DNA of 49,313 nt from Chitinophaga pinensis (GTDB taxonomy: Bacteria > Bacteroidota > Bacteroidia > SXHM01). Each line of letters opens with the position of its first letter. The stretch's first letter is position 1. The notes beneath the pieces are model-generated. The model searched no databases. It had not been told where the DNA came from and saw only the letters and a list, made by a program, of their open reading frames with translations. Below are positions 44,971 through 49,313 of the stretch, in pieces. The stretch covers positions 1 to 49,313 of the forward strand of contig CAMAVO010000003.1 in NCBI GenBank assembly GCA_945861685.1, read 5' to 3'. A program made the position numbers and the translations under genes.

Positions 44971-46692
44971 TTACTCCACTAACTTGCCTTCAGCCAGTTT
45001 GCGCTCCAACAAATCAGAACCCCCGCCCGCAGATTTCGCCTTGTTCCAGTATTCTTTGGCGGCATCTTTTTCGCCCAATTGCCAAAGGGCATCACCATAG
45101 TGCTCGTATTCTACACCGCTTGGTTTTTCAGATGATTTAAGTGCTTTTCCAATCCACTCTTTAGCTTCTGTAAATTTACCTTGCTGATACATTATCCAGC
45201 CGTAGGTATCTTCAAACGATGCGTTGTTGGGCTCCAGTTCATTTGATTTTTTCGACATTTCTTCGGCACGCGCCATATTCTCTTTGCGCAGCGAAAGGTA
45301 ATAGGCATAGTTATTCAAAACGGTTGAGTTTGCCGGGTCAATCTCCAGTGCTTTTTCATAAGCGGCATCACTCTCTTTATGCTTTTTCTGAAAGTTGTAT
45401 GCATCTCCCAGGGTTGAATAAAATTGTGACGAAAGTTCTTTGTCTTTTTTTGCATACACAACTCCTGAATTTAAAATGGAGATAGCATCATCGTACTTTT
45501 TCAATTGCATATTGGCAATGCCGTTGAAAAGATAAACCATTGCCTGCGTTGGAAAAAGTTCCAGCGCCTCGTTGCTTTCTTTCAGCAGGCCATCGTAGTC
45601 TGATAAATTATAATCAACCTGCAGGAGCGAACTCCACACTAAAAATTTGCTGTTGTCTAATTGTATGGTTTTACGAAACGCCTCCTGTGCCGCTTTCATT
45701 TTGCCTTCGCGGAATAAAAAATCAGCGTGCATGGCATGTGCTTTTCCTTCTTTGGGATGCACAGCCACTAAAATTTCTGTCAGCTCCAATGCCTGCGAAG
45801 TAAGTGCCTTGTCCACCTCGGTAAGCACATAATAACTGATCAGAATATTTATTTTGGTGTCAATATCAAGGTCGGGATTTTCAAATGCTTTTTTCAACTC
45901 CTGATACGATTTTTCTTTATCACCTTTTTCGCGGTGATAGTTTGCCAACGAAAGATGAAGTAATGGGTCGGAAGGATTTAGTTTCTCCATTTTTTCATAC
46001 AGGGCAAAGGCTTCGTCTTTTTTATTTAGCGAAAGATAGAGGTCGGCCAGAATGCCCAGGTAGCGGGAGTTATCAGGAAAATAGGCAATCAGTTTTTTTA
46101 TTTCCTCGGCAGCTTTTTCTCCCTGTTTCATACTCAGGTAAATGCTGTGTTTTTGAATGGAAATCTCTTCGGTGATGCCTAAATTTTCTTCAATGCGGTT
46201 GTAAACCTTTATACCCTCTTCATACTTACCGGCTTTCAGTAATTCGGTAGCCCATTCATATAAAAACTCAGGCTTTTTAGGGTAATCATTCACTAACGTT
46301 TCCAACACATTTGCAGCAGCCTCATTTTTGCCTAATTGAGAATAAATATCGGATAACAACATACGATACCACTCATTTTTTTGGTCAATTTTTATGGCGT
46401 TGATGATGAGCACAATTGCCTCGTCATCTTTGCGCGCGTTGAAATAAATTGTACCCAACTCATACATTGCAGCAGCATTGTTGGCATCAATTTTTAAGCA
46501 TTCTTTGAATAATTCAACAGCGTTGGCAGGGTTGCCCAGCAAGCGTTCTTTGGTGGCATCAATAAAAATACTTTCAGCTTTTGCTTTGTCCTGTTCCGAA
46601 AGTCCTTTCTTGTTTTTCTTTTGTGCGAAAGAAGAAACTGTTACCAGTAAAAAGATAAAAGTAGTGCTGAATATTTTTGTGAGAAGCCTCAA
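44971..46692 (-). CDS. Secreted tetratricopeptide-repeat protein
   Basis: Signal peptide, many TPRs, C-terminal VLNNYAYYLS, DTYGWI and EHYGD motifs. Confidence 0.88.
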   Translation of the reverse strand: MRLLTKIFSTTFIFLLVTVSSFAQKKNKKGLSEQDKAKAESIFIDATKERLLGNPANAVELFKECLKIDANNAAAMYELGTIYFNARKDDEAIVLIINAIKIDQKNEWYRMLLSDIYSQLGKNEAAANVLETLVNDYPKKPEFLYEWATELLKAGKYEEGIKVYNRIEENLGITEEISIQKHSIYLSMKQGEKAAEEIKKLIAYFPDNSRYLGILADLYLSLNKKDEAFALYEKMEKLNPSDPLLHLSLANYHREKGDKEKSYQELKKAFENPDLDIDTKINILISYYVLTEVDKALTSQALELTEILVAVHPKEGKAHAMHADFLFREGKMKAAQEAFRKTIQLDNSKFLVWSSLLQVDYNLSDYDGLLKESNEALELFPTQAMVYLFNGIANMQLKKYDDAISILNSGVVYAKKDKELSSQFYSTLGDAYNFQKKHKESDAAYEKALEIDPANSTVLNNYAYYLSLRKENMARAEEMSKKSNELEPNNASFEDTYGWIMYQQGKFTEAKEWIGKALKSSEKPSGVEYEHYGDALWQLGEKDAAKEYWNKAKSAGGGSDLLERKLAEGKLVE

Positions 46693-46708
46693 ATTAGTTG
46701 CTTTAATG

Positions 46709-46770
46709 TTGCCACAGATTCACAGATTTCAAGAAATAGATTCATTTATTAATCTGTGAATCAGTGGCAA
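46709..46770. repeat. REP-like inverted repeat (CCACAGATTCACAGAT type)
   Basis: 20-bp arms at 46709-46728 and 46751-46770 with 1 mismatch. Confidence 0.82.
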
Positions 46771-46776
46771 TCTTTT

Positions 46777-47784
46777 TTAATTATTTACAGTGGTGAAATC
46801 GCCAATACTAACCTGATGTGCCGTGCCATTTAACTCAACGTTATTACCCACCATTGAATTGTCTAAATGCGAATTTTTAATTTTTGCAGATGCCTGTATA
46901 ATGCTGTTTTTAATAATGCTGTCTTTAATTATACTTCCCTTGCTGATAGAGGCATAAGGACCAACTACCGAACCAGAAATTTGCACGTTATCACCTATAT
47001 AACAAGGTTGCAGAATAACCGAGTCTGTAATTACTGCTTTATCTGAAACCAGGTTTTCATTCTTGTTAAATTCAAGTATGCGTTTGTTGGTGTAAACGGT
47101 AGCATCTTTGTTTCCGCAATCCAGCCATTCGGTAACTGCACCGGGAGAAAATTTGGTGCCTTTTTTCTTCATGTTCTCCAGCGCGTTGGTCAACTGATAT
47201 TCGCCTTTATCCTTGATGTCATTATCAATCAGGTACTGCAGTTCACTGCGCAGGTAAGCACCGTCTTTGAAATAATAAATACCGATAATGGCAAGGTCAG
47301 AAACAAAAACTTCCGGCTTTTCAATAAAGTCGGTAATTATATTATTTACATCCACTTTTACTACGCCAAAAGCGCGGGGGTCAGCAATTTTCTGCACCCA
47401 GATAATCCCATCTTTTTCAGCTTCTAAAACAAAGTCGGCTTTGAATAAAGTATCGGCAAAAGCTACAATCACTTTTCCGTTTAGTGAAGGCGCTGCGCAT
47501 AGAATAGCATGGGCAGTTCCCAACGCTTCATCCTGATAATATATTGTTCCTTTTGCGCCAAGACTTGCAGCAATATCTTTCAGATTTTTCTCAGTTTCTG
47601 CACCAAAGTTTTCACCAATGATATAAGCAATTTCATCTACTTTTTCGTTGGCAATTTTGGTGATATCTTCCACCAAGCGCTGAACAATTGGTTTGCCGGC
47701 AATAGGCAACAAAGGCTTTGGAATTGTTAATGTATGCGGGCGCATCCGTTTCCCCATCCCCGCCATCGGTACTATTATTTTCAT
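46777..47784 (-). CDS. Sugar-phosphate nucleotidyltransferase
   Basis: PMAGMGKRMRPHT..PKPL, LGTAHA, GEYQLT and WLDCG motifs; C-terminal beta-helix. Confidence 0.9.
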   Translation of the reverse strand: MKIIVPMAGMGKRMRPHTLTIPKPLLPIAGKPIVQRLVEDITKIANEKVDEIAYIIGENFGAETEKNLKDIAASLGAKGTIYYQDEALGTAHAILCAAPSLNGKVIVAFADTLFKADFVLEAEKDGIIWVQKIADPRAFGVVKVDVNNIITDFIEKPEVFVSDLAIIGIYYFKDGAYLRSELQYLIDNDIKDKGEYQLTNALENMKKKGTKFSPGAVTEWLDCGNKDATVYTNKRILEFNKNENLVSDKAVITDSVILQPCYIGDNVQISGSVVGPYASISKGSIIKDSIIKNSIIQASAKIKNSHLDNSMVGNNVELNGTAHQVSIGDFTTVNN

Positions 47785-47799
47785 ATTCTCTGCTTAAAT

Positions 47800-48234
47800 T
47801 TATTTTACTCCTGTGTGCCCGAAACCACCTGCACCTCTTACGGTTTCTTCAAGCGTTTCCACTTGTTCCCACTCCACTTTTTCGTGTGCGGCTATTATCA
47901 TCTGCGCAATGCGTTCACCGTTTTCAACCGTAAAATTTTCATTGGAAAGATTAACCAAAAGCACTTTCACTTCGCCTCTGTAATCTGCATCAATTGTGCC
48001 CGGTGAATTTAATACGGTTACTCCTTTTTTAAATGCTAGACCGCTGCGTGGGCGAATTTGTGCTTCGTATCCAACATGCAATTCAATAAATAAACCGGTT
48101 GGAATTAATGCTCTTTCCAATGATTTTAAAACAACAGGCTCAGCTAGATTTGCTCTCAGATCCATTCCTGCCGAAGCTACCGTTGCATAAGCAGGTACTT
48201 CGTGTTGTGAGGTGTTTACTATTCGTACTTTCAT
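47800..48234 (-). CDS. dut: dUTP diphosphatase
   Basis: [27 protein letters not shown] and [10 protein letters not shown] motifs. Confidence 0.97.
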   Translation of the reverse strand: MKVRIVNTSQHEVPAYATVASAGMDLRANLAEPVVLKSLERALIPTGLFIELHVGYEAQIRPRSGLAFKKGVTVLNSPGTIDADYRGEVKVLLVNLSNENFTVENGERIAQMIIAAHEKVEWEQVETLEETVRGAGGFGHTGVK

Positions 48235-48246
48235 TTTTTCTCTGTT

Positions 48247-48280
48247 CCCTCTCCTTTGGAGAGGGTTAGGGTGAGGCTTT
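48247..48280. repeat. REP-like palindrome CCCTCTCC-TTT-GGAGAGGG...GGGTGAGGCTTT
   Basis: Same core and tail as the element at 3669. Confidence 0.75.
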
Positions 48281-48289
48281 TAAAGCGCG

Positions 48290-48297
48290 CAAAGTTA
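48290..48297 (-). promoter_or_regulatory. -7 element (TAACTTTG) for dut
   Basis: TAnnTTTG overlapping the flippase stop codon. Confidence 0.5.
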
Positions 48298-49313
48298 ATT
48301 TTTTTTAGGTCGTTCCGCGATGTAAATTCCTGTAAGGAAAAGCAGCATCAACAAGCTGTTCAGCGAGTAATGAACCAACTCACCGTAATCCGGAATTTTT
48401 GTGCTGATAAAATAAAGCGAAACAGCAGCTACTATGTAGCCAAAGATTTTACCCAGATTATAAGGCACAGGATAAAAATGCTGCCCCAGAAAATAGGAGG
48501 CAACCATCATGCTTCCGTAACAAGCGAGGGTTGCCCAGGCAGATGCTATGTAATTATATTCAGGAATAAAAAGATAATTTACCGTAACCGTTATTGCCGC
48601 TCCGAAAACAGCGAGCAACGCACCATAACGGGTTTTGTCGGTAAGTTTATACCACACACTTTGGTTGTAATAAATACCAAGAAAAACATTGGCAAGCAAA
48701 AGAATCGGAACCACTTTCAGACCTACCCAATAAGCTTGATTGGGAATAAAATATTTCAGGATATCAATGTACAGCATCACCCCTAAAAAGATGGTGGCGC
48801 ACACAATCACAAAATAGTTCATTATCCGGGCATACAGTATGTGCGGGTCTTTTTCCTTTGCCTGTGCAAAAAAGAATGGCTCAGCCGCATAGCGAAATGC
48901 CTGAATGAAAAGGGTGATGATAATGGAAACCTTATAATTCGCACCATAAATACCGATAATGCTCATCGTATCTTTTTCGCCCAGTGAATCAAACAACATG
49001 CGCTTGAGCATAATCCGGTCAAGTGTTTCGTTGATAATGCCTGCTAAACCTGCGACTAAAAGAGGTAGAGAATAAATCAGCATTTCCTTCAATATTGCTT
49101 TGTCAAAACCATAACGGGCTTTCAGCATTTCGGGAAGCAGCAACAGAAATTTGAAAATGCTGGCCACCAGATTTGCAATAAAAACATAACCCACTCCAAT
49201 CTCGGGATTGTAAAATGTTTCAATCAAAAAATTACTGTTTCCAGCTTGGTGCATGGGCAAACAGTAACCGATAAAAAATAGGTTCAATGCAATGTTTACA
49301 AACACATTGCTCA
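48295..49313 (-). CDS. MOP-superfamily oligosaccharide flippase, 5'-truncated by the window edge
   Basis: Frame is open to the edge; multi-TM; GIYGANYK, QAFRYAAEPFFF and SVWYKL motifs. Confidence 0.85.
   Translation of the reverse strand, partial: SNVFVNIALNLFFIGYCLPMHQAGNSNFLIETFYNPEIGVGYVFIANLVASIFKFLLLLPEMLKARYGFDKAILKEMLIYSLPLLVAGLAGIINETLDRIMLKRMLFDSLGEKDTMSIIGIYGANYKVSIIITLFIQAFRYAAEPFFFAQAKEKDPHILYARIMNYFVIVCATIFLGVMLYIDILKYFIPNQAYWVGLKVVPILLLANVFLGIYYNQSVWYKLTDKTRYGALLAVFGAAITVTVNYLFIPEYNYIASAWATLACYGSMMVASYFLGQHFYPVPYNLGKIFGYIVAAVSLYFISTKIPDYGELVHYSLNSLLMLLFLTGIYIAERPKKN

Noticed and set aside
48256-48786. 176-aa plus-strand ORF and similar antisense ORFs throughout the window
   Set aside because: Shadow ORFs opposite well-supported genes.
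1-49313. Prophage, IS, integron, rRNA/tRNA or recognisable defence system
   Set aside because: No transposase, integrase, phage or defence-family motifs and no RNA-gene signatures were recognised by eye. A covariance-model search was not possible.

Overview
Chromosomal segment of a Bacteroidota bacterium: T9SS genes, TAnnTTTG promoter boxes and the long-form ispG all point to this phylum. Most of the window is housekeeping and envelope genes: the 3' part of sprA, a GT2/GT-C glycosylation cluster, CoA-transferase A/B, a class A PBP, a CotH-family T9SS cargo protein, yebC, a PpiD-like chaperone, purH-mreBCD-mrdA-rodA, an ABC permease, ispG, a porP/sprF gene with a 3104-aa SprB-like adhesin, a TPR protein, a nucleotidyltransferase, dut and a flippase. 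I found no rRNA, tRNA, transposase, integrase or cas gene. The unusual signal is intergenic: four separate tracts with a 21- or 42-bp period (2 or 4 helical turns), each with its own core motif. Two are mirror-symmetric. At 20729-20954 there are six ACACA-N6-TGTGT palindromes exactly 42 bp apart that switch orientation mid-array. At 44636-44904 there are six TTGTCCGC units facing seven GCGGACAA positions around a central hairpin, directly upstream of an orphan 221-aa helical protein and overlapping its likely promoter. This array-plus-gene module is the best candidate for an undescribed system; its function is inference only. Several REP-like palindrome types and 7-bp repeats inside signal-peptide coding regions are also present.
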